This document shows, piece after piece, positions 49,167 through 58,324 of a DNA stretch of 64,000 nucleotides. This stretch comes from a virus: positions 32,001-96,000 of the IMG/VR virus record IMGVR_UViG_3300036823_000117. One strand, 5' to 3'. Every line of letters starts with the position of its first letter. Within the stretch, counting starts at the first letter, position 1. A model generated the notes under the pieces. That model saw nothing but the letters and a program-made list of their open reading frames with translations, had not been told where the DNA came from and did no database searches. A program made the translations under genes and the position numbers.

Positions 49167-50834
49167 TCAGCCCGTGGCGGGAAGATCCCAAGGCCAGGTG
49201 GCGTCGCGGCCGGCCTCTGTGACGGGGATGATCCGGAAGGCGGCATCGGTCAGGCCGCCCAGCGTGACCCGCGTCCCGGACCCTGACGGGGTAGCCCCGG
49301 CCGAGTAGCCGCCGAAGTTCCACATGTACAGCGGGACACTCGCCGGGACCAGGTCGTCGATCAGCGTTTCCTGCATGCCGCCGTTGCGCCACATGTTGGA
49401 CGGCAGGTAGCCGGCCCGGGTCTGCTCGTCGGTGACGATCACGACACGAGTGTGCTCGGGCCGCAGGTGCGTCTTGACCGCGAGCGGGATGTCTGTGCCG
49501 CCGGGCGCCGGCTGGTAGCTGAACCGCTCGACGATCTTCAGCACGGACTCCGCGGCCGTGAACTTCACCGGCCGGGATTTCCCCCAGAATTCCACCAGGT
49601 CGGAGTGCTCGGCCCGCCGCGCGATGGCCGCGCCGAAGATGGCCGCGCCGTCCGCCCAGGGCATGTCGGAATGCTCGGAGAACTTCTGATCCCACATCGA
49701 CGGCGACCGGTCCACCAGCACCAGGGTCCGGCCGCGGAGCGCGGGCACGTTGGCCAGGGACAGGTTCAGCGCCTTCTCCAGCGGATGCCCCCACCGCAGC
49801 GACGGCGCAGCGCGGTAAGCCGACAGGAACCGGAACGGGAACTGGCGTGACCGCGCGACGTGGTCCGGGTCCGCGAGCATGGCCGCGACCTGCTCGACCA
49901 CGTCATCGGGAACGCCGGCGTCGTCCAGGTTCCGCAGGTTGCGAAGGCGTGCCATGTAGCTCATCGATGGCAGGATCGCCGTCCACGCCGCCGCGTCCAT
50001 CGGCCCCTGCAGCCAGCCCGACATCGACTCCCATGTCATCCCGGCCTCGTGCAGCTGCTCGCTGGCGGCGGGCTCGCTGATCAAAATCCGCCGGGCGGCA
50101 ACAGGCAGCGCCATCAGCGCGGCCTGCCAGCGCAGCGTCTCCAGCACCTCCGGGATCTCGTTGTCCCGCCCGTGGCGCCGCTCGATCGCGTGCCGGTACA
50201 GGGCGTCTCGCCACGTCCCGTAGGCGTTGCCGTGGTACCGGGGCTGAACGAGCTCGATCACGTCACCGAACCGGACCGCCGCCTCGGCCGTGTCCCACTT
50301 CAGCAGGGCCCGCTCGTTGTACAGACGGTTCACCGCGTCAGCGACACCGCGCTTGAAGCCGATCGGCATCTTCCGGCCGTACCGCGCCAGCCAGTACGCG
50401 ATGATCTCGCCCGGCTCATCGGCGCGCTGCAGCACCGAGTCGACGACCTTGCGGACCGGCACGCCCGGGTTGCTGACCTCACGGCCCGTGCCAGCCTCAT
50501 CGCGACGCGCCCACGCGTACTCCGCCGCGGCCTCGACGGGCGCGAGCCTCAGGTTCCCCGGCCCCCGCATCCACGCCAGCAGGCCCGCGGTCCAGTCCGG
50601 GTGGACAGCTGACGCCTCGCGGACCAGGCCCCGGAACCGGCTCACCCGCGCGTCGGTGCCCTCGTGGAACGCCTTCTCGCCTGGCAGGTTGCACGCGGCC
50701 AGGAGAAACAGCTCCGACTGCAGGTCGCGGGTGTAACCCTGCGCGCCCAGCGCGGTCCGGGCTACGGGCGACGCCGTGCTGACCACGGGCGTGCGCGTCG
50801 GAGCCTTGACGGATCCCCGGTTGTTTCTGCTCAT
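49167..50834 (-). CDS. Ro60/TROVE-domain RNA-binding protein with vWA domain
   Basis: SELFLLA, LQRADEPGE, YMARLRNLRN, SRQFPFRFLSAY, TLVLVDRSPSM, VTDEQ. Confidence 0.93.
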   Translation of the reverse strand: MSRNNRGSVKAPTRTPVVSTASPVARTALGAQGYTRDLQSELFLLAACNLPGEKAFHEGTDARVSRFRGLVREASAVHPDWTAGLLAWMRGPGNLRLAPVEAAAEYAWARRDEAGTGREVSNPGVPVRKVVDSVLQRADEPGEIIAYWLARYGRKMPIGFKRGVADAVNRLYNERALLKWDTAEAAVRFGDVIELVQPRYHGNAYGTWRDALYRHAIERRHGRDNEIPEVLETLRWQAALMALPVAARRILISEPAASEQLHEAGMTWESMSGWLQGPMDAAAWTAILPSMSYMARLRNLRNLDDAGVPDDVVEQVAAMLADPDHVARSRQFPFRFLSAYRAAPSLRWGHPLEKALNLSLANVPALRGRTLVLVDRSPSMWDQKFSEHSDMPWADGAAIFGAAIARRAEHSDLVEFWGKSRPVKFTAAESVLKIVERFSYQPAPGGTDIPLAVKTHLRPEHTRVVIVTDEQTRAGYLPSNMWRNGGMQETLIDDLVPASVPLYMWNFGGYSAGATPSGSGTRVTLGGLTDAAFRIIPVTEAGRDATWPWDLPATG

Positions 50835-50880
50835 CTCGACCCTCCAGATGGAGGGGAGGGAAGACTTCAGCGTGACCGCG

Positions 50881-50960
50881 CCCGACAACGAGTCGGACTA
50901 GGCGACATGCGCCTTAAGCGCACCTATAGCCAAGGAAGTAGCCCAATCCTGCACTTCGGG
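50881..50960 (-). ncRNA. Y RNA-like element 2 (Ro-binding-type stem)
   Basis: CCCGAAGTGCAGGATTGGGCTACTTC...GCCTAGTCCGA...TCGGG; GTCCGA motif; directly upstream of Ro. Confidence 0.7.
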
Positions 50961-50987
50961 CCCGACCATGCATGAAGTTTGATCCCC

Positions 50988-51053
50988 CCCGATAACGGAA
51001 TGGCGGCGGCGAATTTCTTCTTGACAGGAAGTAGCCGTCACCTGCACTTCGGG
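50988..51053 (-). ncRNA. Y RNA-like element 1 (Ro-binding-type stem)
   Basis: CCCGAAGTGCAGGTGACGGCTACTTC...GCCGCCGCC...TCGGG; stem covaries with element 2. Confidence 0.65.
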
Positions 51054-51113
51054 AGAGGTGCTGACCGGAACGCTACACGACGTGACGGGACCGGTCCACT
51101 GCATTACCGCCTG

Positions 51114-51482
51114 TCACCAGCCCGGCGGCCGGATCACGTTGGCCGGCGCGCCCGCGAACAGCCGCCTCACCTCCGGCTCCGCATGCCCCGCGATCCCGCA
51201 CCCCACCTTCGTCAGCAAGAACACCAGGTCATGCGACAACCCCGCGTACAGCATGAACCGGTCCGCCGCATTCGCCAGCGACATCCGCCCCTCCATCGTC
51301 GGCAGTGCATACGCCTGCCCGCACAGGCCCTCGCCGACACCCCACCGCAACCCGAACCGCTCCCACGCGAACCGTGCGGCACCACCCGCATGATGGCCAT
51401 GGACATTCGTCCCGGCCACGAACACCTCACCCTCGGCCAGGTCCGTGATCATGTCCGGGGTCGTACGCAGCGGCGTGGCCAT
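51114..51482 (-). CDS. A1S_2505-family (macro-like) phage protein
   Basis: TPDMITDL..EVFVAGTN..GHHAGGAARFA..GQAYALPT..TKVGCGIAG. Confidence 0.8.
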   Translation of the reverse strand: MATPLRTTPDMITDLAEGEVFVAGTNVHGHHAGGAARFAWERFGLRWGVGEGLCGQAYALPTMEGRMSLANAADRFMLYAGLSHDLVFLLTKVGCGIAGHAEPEVRRLFAGAPANVIRPPGW

Positions 51483-51562
51483 GGGGTTCTCCAGGCGGGT
51501 GGCGGGTGGCGGGTTGCGTGGTTTACTCGTGCACAGGGTAGCTGACCTGCGGAAACACGCCG

Positions 51563-51608
51563 CACCCTTTAGATAACTATAACGTGTCTCCACGTGCGCT
51601 AAAGGGTG
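51563..51608. other. Putative attP of the serine integrase
   Basis: 10-bp inverted repeat CACCCTTTAG/CTAAAGGGTG spanning 46 bp just upstream of the integrase. Confidence 0.6.
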
Positions 51609-51621
51609 TAGCATCTGACGC

Positions 51622-53100
51622 ATGGCCGACCAGCAACTCGACGCCGTCGACTACAGCCGCGTCAGTGACGACAGCAAGCGCCGCGACGCCCGTTCGGTCA
51701 CCGAGCAGGCCAAGGACAACCTCGCCGACATCCGCAGGAATGGCTGGCGGCACGCCGACTCCTACTCCGACAACGACGTCTCCGCCTCGAGGTTCGGCAC
51801 GCAGGAGCGGCCCGACTGGAACCGCCTGCGCGCCGACCTCGACAACGACTCCAAGGTGTTCGATGTAATCGTCCTCTGGGAAACCAGCCGCGGTGACCGC
51901 ACCGCCGACACATGGCTCCAGTTCCTGTCGGCCTGCCGCAAGCGCGGCACCCTGATCCACGTCACGAGCCACAGCACCACCTACGACGTCCGCAAGCCCC
52001 GCCAGTGGAAGATCCTCGCCACCGACGGCATCGACAACGCCTACGCCAGCGAAGAGACATCCCTCCGCGTCAAGCGCGACATGAAGGCCTCCGCCGAGGC
52101 CGGCCGCCCTCACGGCTCGGCACCCTACGGCTACCGCCGCGTCTACGATGCCGAGACCGGCGTCATGGAAACCCAGGTCCCCGAGGAGCCAGCCGCCGGG
52201 ATCGTCCGGGAGATCATCAGCCGCGTCGCCGAAGGCGAAGCGGTTTCCGCGATCACCAAGAGCCTCAACCGTCGCGGCATCCCGTCCCCCCGCGGAAAGC
52301 AGTGGGCCTGCTACCCGGTCCGGCGCATAGCCACCAACCGCGCGTACATCGCCCAGCGGATCTGGCCGGGCGAGAGAGCACCCCTTCCCGGGATCTGGGA
52401 ACCCATCATCGACCCGCCGGACGTCTTCTGGGACGCGCAGGCCGTCCTCGAAGCCCGCCACAACCCGGCCACCCGCAGCGGCCGCGCCAGCCACCTCCTG
52501 TCCTGGCTCGCCATCTGCGGCAAATGCGGCCAGCGTCTCGTTTACAAGGGCAACGCCCGCGGGCCGGCTTCCCGCGGCACCGCAGTCCGGCCCGTCTACT
52601 CCTGCCCGGCCGGCTGCGCAGCGATGATCGCCGAATGGCTCGACACCTACGTCACCACGCGCATCATCACCCGCCTCTCCCATCCCGACCTGTTCGGCCA
52701 GCTCACAGCCGGCGGCAACGACGAAGCCGCCCATGCCCGCGCCACTGCAGCCGAGCTCCGGAGCCGCCACGCCGAAGCTGCCCAGTCGGCCGCCAGGGGA
52801 ACGCTGTCTATCACCGCCCTTGAAGCCATCGAGAACGTGCTGCTCCCCGATATCGAAGCCGCCGACCGGAAGGTCGCTGCGCTGACCGTTCCCCCGCTCA
52901 TCCGGGGCATCGTCGGCCATCCCCGCGACCAGGTCGCCGAAGAGTGGGCCGGGATGCCCATAGCGGCACAGCGCGACATCAGCCGCGTCCTCCTCGAGCA
53001 CATCAAGCTCATGCCTGCCGTCGGCGCCGCCCGCAGCGGCCACGCATTCGACCCCGACCGGATCCAGATGCGGTGGACAGGCGACGATGAAGACTCCTGA
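51622..53100 (+). CDS. Large serine recombinase (integrase)
   Basis: YSRVS catalytic motif, SAS..RP, SRGDR, PYGY, Zn ribbon CGKCG..YSCP. Confidence 0.93.
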   Translation: MADQQLDAVDYSRVSDDSKRRDARSVTEQAKDNLADIRRNGWRHADSYSDNDVSASRFGTQERPDWNRLRADLDNDSKVFDVIVLWETSRGDRTADTWLQFLSACRKRGTLIHVTSHSTTYDVRKPRQWKILATDGIDNAYASEETSLRVKRDMKASAEAGRPHGSAPYGYRRVYDAETGVMETQVPEEPAAGIVREIISRVAEGEAVSAITKSLNRRGIPSPRGKQWACYPVRRIATNRAYIAQRIWPGERAPLPGIWEPIIDPPDVFWDAQAVLEARHNPATRSGRASHLLSWLAICGKCGQRLVYKGNARGPASRGTAVRPVYSCPAGCAAMIAEWLDTYVTTRIITRLSHPDLFGQLTAGGNDEAAHARATAAELRSRHAEAAQSAARGTLSITALEAIENVLLPDIEAADRKVAALTVPPLIRGIVGHPRDQVAEEWAGMPIAAQRDISRVLLEHIKLMPAVGAARSGHAFDPDRIQMRWTGDDEDS

Positions 53101-53613
53101 CACCGAAGAGATGAAGCGCTACGGCATGGAGGGCTGGTCCACCATCAGCGGCACCCTGGGTGTCGACTGCAAACGGCCACGACGAATGCCGCAGATGTGG
53201 CAGATAGCCGACTACTGGCTCATGCGCGGAACATTCGGAATGCGCGTCGCAGAACCGTGGTGTTTCGCCTGCCGCATCACCGCGACACCCGACTTCCCTA
53301 GCGAGCCTTGTACGGCTGCCCTGGGTTCGCCTTCCGGTCGCTAGCCCCGCTGCCGCCATCCCCGGCGGGACTGGGCGCGCCCAGCAATGGCGCGGGCCTG
53401 CTCGGAAGCCTCAGAACGCGACTTCCCCTCAACGCGCAGGGCCAGGTAGACAATCACGAATCCCGCGCGCTGGCGCCACCGGGGGATGTCTCCCGTGTCG
53501 CTGTCTTCGCTCATGCCAGCACGGTAACGTAGCCGCCTTCTGCCGCGCCCGGTACGGCTGCCGAACCGCCGTCGACCGGCTCAGCCTGCCGCAGGTACTG
53601 GTGCCACAGGGAC

Positions 53614-53847
53614 ATGCCTGAGTTCCGCGCAGGGACGGGACCCTGGGCCATCTCCTGGGTGCAGGGCGGCGGCCGCTGGAAGAAGCTCCCCGGTTACCTG
53701 CAGCGGCCGACCCGCAGTTTCACCGCGGGCGGCATGAGCTGGCCGGATTACGTGTGGCGTTGCGCACGCATGGCGGACCTCGATGAAGCCGAGGCGGAAG
53801 CGTGCGCCAAGGCAATCGACTTCACGGGCTGGGCGGTGTGGCGCTGA
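53614..53847 (+). CDS. Hypothetical protein
   Basis: AGGGA RBS. Confidence 0.45.
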   Translation: MPEFRAGTGPWAISWVQGGGRWKKLPGYLQRPTRSFTAGGMSWPDYVWRCARMADLDEAEAEACAKAIDFTGWAVWR

Positions 53848-53920
53848 TCCGCATGCGCTGGGCCGGCGACACCGAAGACAGCTGAGCCGGCCACCGAAAA
53901 CGTGGCCGGCTCGACGGGGA

Positions 53921-54274
53921 TCAGGACGCCAGGTACGTGCTGTTCGTGGTCGTGAATTCCCGCGACCATCCCCACCGATCCATCACGATCTGGTCGAACA
54001 GCCGCGAGTGAAGGCGCACCGTCGGCTCCTGGTGCATCTCCAGCATCCGGATCTCCCGGTCGTAGTCCTCCGTGTGATCCTGCGGTTCCGGAAGTGCCAC
54101 GATCAGCCGCACCGAGCGGCCCGCCCGCGCATCCGCCAGGCTCCGGTCCAGCTCCTCGATCGCCTTCGTCCGAAAGCCGGCCTGAGCCTTCAGGAACACT
54201 TCCCGATGTGCGGCCCGGTTCTCCTTCAGCACCGCGAGCAACTCATCGCGGTCGACGACCACCTCGTCCGGCAT
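53921..54274 (-). CDS. Conserved phage protein
   Basis: VDRDELLAVLKENR..H..PQDHTEDYDREIRML..FDQIVMDRWGW. Confidence 0.7.
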   Translation of the reverse strand: MPDEVVVDRDELLAVLKENRAAHREVFLKAQAGFRTKAIEELDRSLADARAGRSVRLIVALPEPQDHTEDYDREIRMLEMHQEPTVRLHSRLFDQIVMDRWGWSREFTTTNSTYLAS

Positions 54275-54362
54275 GCAGATCTCCCCTCGTTGCGACGCCT
54301 CCGGAGACAGGGTACGCGGGGTGACCAACCGGTTGCAGAAAGGGTTCACAAGGTCGCTACGG

Positions 54363-54390
54363 ATACTGCATAATGCTAGTTATGAGACTC
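54363..54390 (+). other. Tyrosine-recombinase core-type site
   Basis: ATACTGCATAA-TGCTAG-TTATGAGACTC at the head of the operon containing the Xer-like gene. Confidence 0.5.
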
Positions 54391-54702
54391 ACGCCGGAGC
54401 ACGAGTGGTGGCTGATCGCGAACAGGCACTACGGGGTCCACGTCGCATGGGGCCGCTCGGCTGCCGAGGCCAAGGCTGACGTGCGCGACCGCATCGCTGA
54501 AACCTACGCCGGCGAAGGCCTGTCACCGAGCGCCTGCCGGCGGGCGGCATCCAGCTACGGAGTCTTCGCCATGGCTGGCCCCGTTACCGAGAAGGAAGCG
54601 CAGGCGGCGCACGACGCTTGGTTCCGCGAGGACTGGCAGCCGGCGATGGCGCTGGCTCGCCGGACGGGAACCCGCTTCGGCCGATCCGGGAAGGCTGCAT
54701 GA
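54382..54702 (+). CDS. Hypothetical protein
   Basis: First gene of a three-gene ATGA-coupled operon. Confidence 0.55.
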   Translation: MRLTPEHEWWLIANRHYGVHVAWGRSAAEAKADVRDRIAETYAGEGLSPSACRRAASSYGVFAMAGPVTEKEAQAAHDAWFREDWQPAMALARRTGTRFGRSGKAA

Positions 54703-55097
54703 CCGACCAGCGGTGGTGGATCTGCGACCTGGCTGACGAGACGTCACCCGGCGGCCACCTGTACGAAGCGCCGAACGCCAGGAGTGCCCTGGCCAAGTTC
54801 CGCGCGGACATGGTCGAGCATTACCTGGCCGCCGCTACGTCCCGGACGCACGCCAGGGACATCGTGCGGGCGAACCGGCCGAGGGTCTACGGCGGTCCGC
54901 TCACTGCCGCCGAGGCTTTCGAGCACGAGTTGGGGTGGGCGTGGGCATGGGAGATGTGCAGCCCGAAGTACCGCAGCGACGTCTACTGCAGCCCGGATGG
55001 CCGGGCCACCCGCGATGAGGCCGTGATGATCCTCGGCGAGAGGATCACGGCGCTGATGGAGCGTCAGGCCGGCGACGTCTACGGACTCTCGGCATGA
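54699..55097 (+). CDS. Hypothetical protein
   Basis: ATGA overlaps on both sides. Confidence 0.55.
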   Translation: MTDQRWWICDLADETSPGGHLYEAPNARSALAKFRADMVEHYLAAATSRTHARDIVRANRPRVYGGPLTAAEAFEHELGWAWAWEMCSPKYRSDVYCSPDGRATRDEAVMILGERITALMERQAGDVYGLSA

Positions 55098-56074
55098 CGG
55101 CGCTCGAGCCGGTCCTCGCGGGCACTATCGTCGCGCGGCCGCCAACTCTCTCGGTCCGCGATGTCGACGCATCCCGGTGGGGCGAGCCCGAGATGCTTCA
55201 CCACGCCGTCGACATCTGGCTCGACGCGCAGCTGTCGGTCCACACCAAGGCCGCCTACTGCCGCGAGTTCGGCTACTGGATCGAATGGTGCACCGAGAAC
55301 GGGGTCCCGGCCGCTGACCCACGTGGTCCCGACGTCGATGCCTGGCGCAAGACCTTCACCGGCCTGTCCCCCGCGACCGTCAACCGGCGGCTCAGCACCG
55401 TGTCCAGCTTCTACACCTACTGGACTGAGGAAGACGTCCTGACCCGCAACCCGGTCGCCCATGTCAAGCGACCCAAGGTGTCCGCCAAGCCCGTCAGCAT
55501 CTACCTCAGCAAGCCCCAGGCCACCCAACTCGTCGCCTACACCGACAGCCTCGACGACCCGCGGCCGGGCGTGATCTGCCGGCTCCTCGCACAGACCGGT
55601 ATGCGCGTCGGCGAGCTCACCGCCGCCACCGTCCCCGACCTGGCCATGTCCGGCGGCCACCACATCATTGAGATCACCCGCAAGGGCGGCAACCGCCAGC
55701 AGCTCGTCATCGTCCCCGGCACCTACCAGCGGACCGTCGACTACCTCGACGGCCGTACCTCGGGATACATCCTGGCCGTCGCGCGCACCGAACGGCGGGC
55801 CGCCGACGGCCAGATGGACCGCTCGTACGTCCGGCAGCTGCTGCGCCGCATCGCCCGCGAAGCCGGACTACCGGAAGCCGTCTGGCAGCGGATGCACCCG
55901 CACGTCCTGCGCCACTCAGTCGCCACGCTCCTCGCCGCCGACAAGGTCCCCGTCCACGAGATCCAGGAGTTCCTCGGCCACGCGTCCCTGCAGACCACAC
56001 AGCGGTACATCCACCACGCCCAGGAACTCGACGACAGCCCCGCCTACCGCATGCAGAAGATCCTCGCCGGCTAG
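55094..56074 (+). CDS. XerC/D-like tyrosine recombinase
   Basis: TGMRVGE, KGG, HPHVLRHS, LGHASLQTTQRY. Confidence 0.92.
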   Translation: MTALEPVLAGTIVARPPTLSVRDVDASRWGEPEMLHHAVDIWLDAQLSVHTKAAYCREFGYWIEWCTENGVPAADPRGPDVDAWRKTFTGLSPATVNRRLSTVSSFYTYWTEEDVLTRNPVAHVKRPKVSAKPVSIYLSKPQATQLVAYTDSLDDPRPGVICRLLAQTGMRVGELTAATVPDLAMSGGHHIIEITRKGGNRQQLVIVPGTYQRTVDYLDGRTSGYILAVARTERRAADGQMDRSYVRQLLRRIAREAGLPEAVWQRMHPHVLRHSVATLLAADKVPVHEIQEFLGHASLQTTQRYIHHAQELDDSPAYRMQKILAG

Positions 56075-56289
56075 ACGCGCACCCAGTCCTGGCCGTCGCA
56101 TGCAGGCCAGTACCACCGCCACCTGCAGGTCCCGCAACGCAAAGTGTGGTGGCCGTTGAAGTTGCCGCGGCCAGCGTCGCATTCGCCGCAGGGCTGCCAG
56201 CCGGCGAGTACCTTCCCCGGTCCCCAGGGGTGCCCGTCGGGGCATTCCGCTGGCCGGCTGCCTGGCGGGAAGATCGGGACGGTGTCCAC
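56071..56289 (-). CDS. Small Cys-rich protein
   Basis: CPDGH..GWQPC..GHHTLRCGTC. Confidence 0.55.
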   Translation of the reverse strand: MDTVPIFPPGSRPAECPDGHPWGPGKVLAGWQPCGECDAGRGNFNGHHTLRCGTCRWRWYWPACDGQDWVRV

Positions 56290-56499
56290 GGCCCCAGCGA
56301 ATCACACGGCGGGTTCTACCGCTCTACCCGGTCCTTGTGAAGTCGGGTAGAAACCAGTGAACCCCCCGGTTGGCCTTGTGAGCCCGAAGCTCTTGGCCTA
56401 ACCGGGAGGTCCGATCACCGTGCTGGCGGTCAAGCCGGCCGGTGAAGTGGAACAGCCCTGGCCGGCTTGGGTCTCGTCCTCGGCCGGCTAGGGCCATCG

Positions 56500-56574
<75 letters not shown>

Positions 56575-56624
56575 ATCAGAAGACTACCGCACGTGACTGT
56601 CAGCCGGCTAGCTTCCTGGCCGGC

Positions 56625-57077
56625 TCAGCGTCCGTCACGGCGGGTGTACGTGATGTAGGCGTGAATGGTGCCGTTGCCCTCGAAGCTCACCGGGGAGATC
56701 TCCGCTGACGGCCAGCAGTTGCCCGCCCGCGACCATGCTTGCGGGATGAGCCGGGTGTAGGCCGGCCACGCTTTGAACTTGCCGCTCTCATCCGACGAGT
56801 TGCTGCCGTTGTTGCACAGGTCGTCCCAGTCGGCTTCGATGCGGCCGCGGCCTTCCCCAGGGATCGTGATCGTCCCCCAGGCGTGGACGCGGATGCTGGC
56901 CGGGTCGCCGATCAGCTGGCCGCCGATGTTGCAGATCGGGTAGCCGCCTGTGGCGTGGCAGGCCCCGAGGTAGTGAACCTTCGCGGCCGCGGGAGTTGCG
57001 GCGTGCGCCGGGAAGGCGGCCACGGCAGCAAGGCCGAGGCCGCTTACTGCGGCTGCGGCCAGCCGGGTAAGGAACAT
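56625..57077 (-). CDS. Secreted Cys-containing protein
   Basis: Signal peptide MFLTRLAAAAV...PAHA. Confidence 0.65.
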   Translation of the reverse strand: MFLTRLAAAAVSGLGLAAVAAFPAHAATPAAAKVHYLGACHATGGYPICNIGGQLIGDPASIRVHAWGTITIPGEGRGRIEADWDDLCNNGSNSSDESGKFKAWPAYTRLIPQAWSRAGNCWPSAEISPVSFEGNGTIHAYITYTRRDGR

Positions 57078-57126
57078 GCTGGCCACGGTATCGGCCACAA
57101 CGGTTACTCCGCAGCGGGAAACGCAC

Positions 57127-57202
57127 TGGCTGCCCAGCCCGGACTCGAACCGGGGCACGCCCCTTAGGAGGAGGCAGCTCTATCCACCTGAGCTACAGGG
57201 CA
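57127..57202 (-). tRNA. tRNA-Arg(CCT)
   Basis: Loop CT CCT AA; encoded CCA. Confidence 0.85.
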
Positions 57203-57203
57203 T

Positions 57204-57277
57204 TGGAGGCCGCGGCGGGAATCGGACCCGCGTGAGACGCTTTGCAGGCGCCCACCTAGCCGCTCGGTCACGCGACC
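57204..57277 (-). tRNA. tRNA-Cys(GCA)
   Basis: Loop CT GCA AA; T-loop GTCCGA. Confidence 0.85.
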
Positions 57278-57281
57278 CGGG

Positions 57282-57353
57282 TGCTCCCAACAGGAATCGA
57301 ACCTGTGTTGCCAGCTTCGGAGGCTGGTGTCCTATCCCCTAGACGACAGGAGC
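57282..57353 (-). tRNA. tRNA-Arg(CCG)
   Basis: Loop CT CCG AA. Confidence 0.85.
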
Positions 57354-57419
57354 ATGATCATGGACAGGGACCTGGGCCCCGGCCCGGGTGTGTGTGCCCG
57401 GCTTACGCCCTGTCCTCCG

Positions 57420-57501
57420 TGCGCCGTGATGGATTCGAACCACCGTGTCCGTAGATCGCGGTTTACAGCCGCGCGCATTCGCCCACTCTGCCAACGACGC
57501 C
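57420..57501 (-). tRNA. tRNA-Tyr(GTA)
   Basis: Loop CT GTA AA; long variable arm. Confidence 0.85.
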
Positions 57502-57589
57502 TAGCCCGGAGTCTTTGAGTCCCGCCTGCTCGCGAACAGGCTCTCCGGATCACCCGTGCATGCTCGGGTGCTGGCCATGCCAGGGAACA

Positions 57590-57664
57590 TGGGGAGGACA
57601 GCGGGAATCCAACCCGCGTGACCGGGTTCACAACCCGGCGCTCTAGCACTGAGCTATATCCTCA
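57590..57664 (-). tRNA. tRNA-His(GTG)
   Basis: Loop TT GTG AA; T-loop GTTGGA. Confidence 0.8.
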
Positions 57665-57665
57665 G

Positions 57666-57737
57666 TAGCCGCTGGAGGTACCGATCCTCCGGCCCCCGAT
57701 GTGTGAGATCGGTGCTCCGCCATTGAGCTAAGCGGCC
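57666..57737 (-). tRNA. tRNA-Val(CAC)
   Basis: Loop CT CAC AC; atypical T-loop. Confidence 0.8.
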
Positions 57738-57738
57738 G

Positions 57739-57810
57739 TGCGCCCAGGAGGACTCGAACCTCCATTGCCGACTTCGTAGGCCGGCGTCCTATCCGTTGAA
57801 CGATAGGCGC
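57739..57810 (-). tRNA. tRNA-Arg(ACG)
   Basis: Loop CT ACG AA. Confidence 0.9.
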
Positions 57811-57811
57811 T

Positions 57812-57886
57812 TGGTAGTCGCTCGAGGTGCTGACCCTCGGACCTTCCGCTAGTCGGGCGGATGCTCTGCCGCTGAGCTAAGCGACC
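57812..57886 (-). tRNA. tRNA-Val(GAC)
   Basis: Loop CC GAC TA; atypical T-loop. Confidence 0.75.
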
Positions 57887-57963
57887 AGGTGGGCTGCCCC
57901 GGCAACTCGGACCGCACGTCTGCGTGTCCTGCTACCGAGGGCAGCCCTTTTCTTAGAGTTGAG

Positions 57964-58036
57964 CGAGACCGACGAGATTTGAACTCGCGCTGTCACCTTG
58001 ACAGGGTGATGTGCTAACCGCTGACACTACGGCCCC
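57964..58036 (-). tRNA. tRNA-Asp(GTC)
   Basis: Loop CT GTC AA. Confidence 0.9.
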
Positions 58037-58098
58037 ATTCCACCGGACTTGACGTTGCCCTGACCACCGTCAGGGTCGAGGCGCCGGCGTTGCCTTCG

Positions 58099-58169
58099 CT
58101 CCCCCACCTGGACTCGAACCAAGATCCACCGGTTAACGGCCGGCCGCTCTGCCCTTAAGCTATGAGGGA
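58099..58169 (-). tRNA. tRNA-Asn(GTT)
   Basis: Loop CC GTT AA. Confidence 0.85.
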
Positions 58170-58324
58170 TTGGACCTGCGAAAATGTCAGACCGCATCCA
58201 TATACTTAGCGGATGCAAGTCACCGAACTAGAATGCGGGCATTGCCAGAATCTCGTGGCGCTGGACAAGCGGTGCCATTGGGAGTTCGACCACGGCTACC
58301 TGCTCCTGGTCGATGGGCGCTTCG

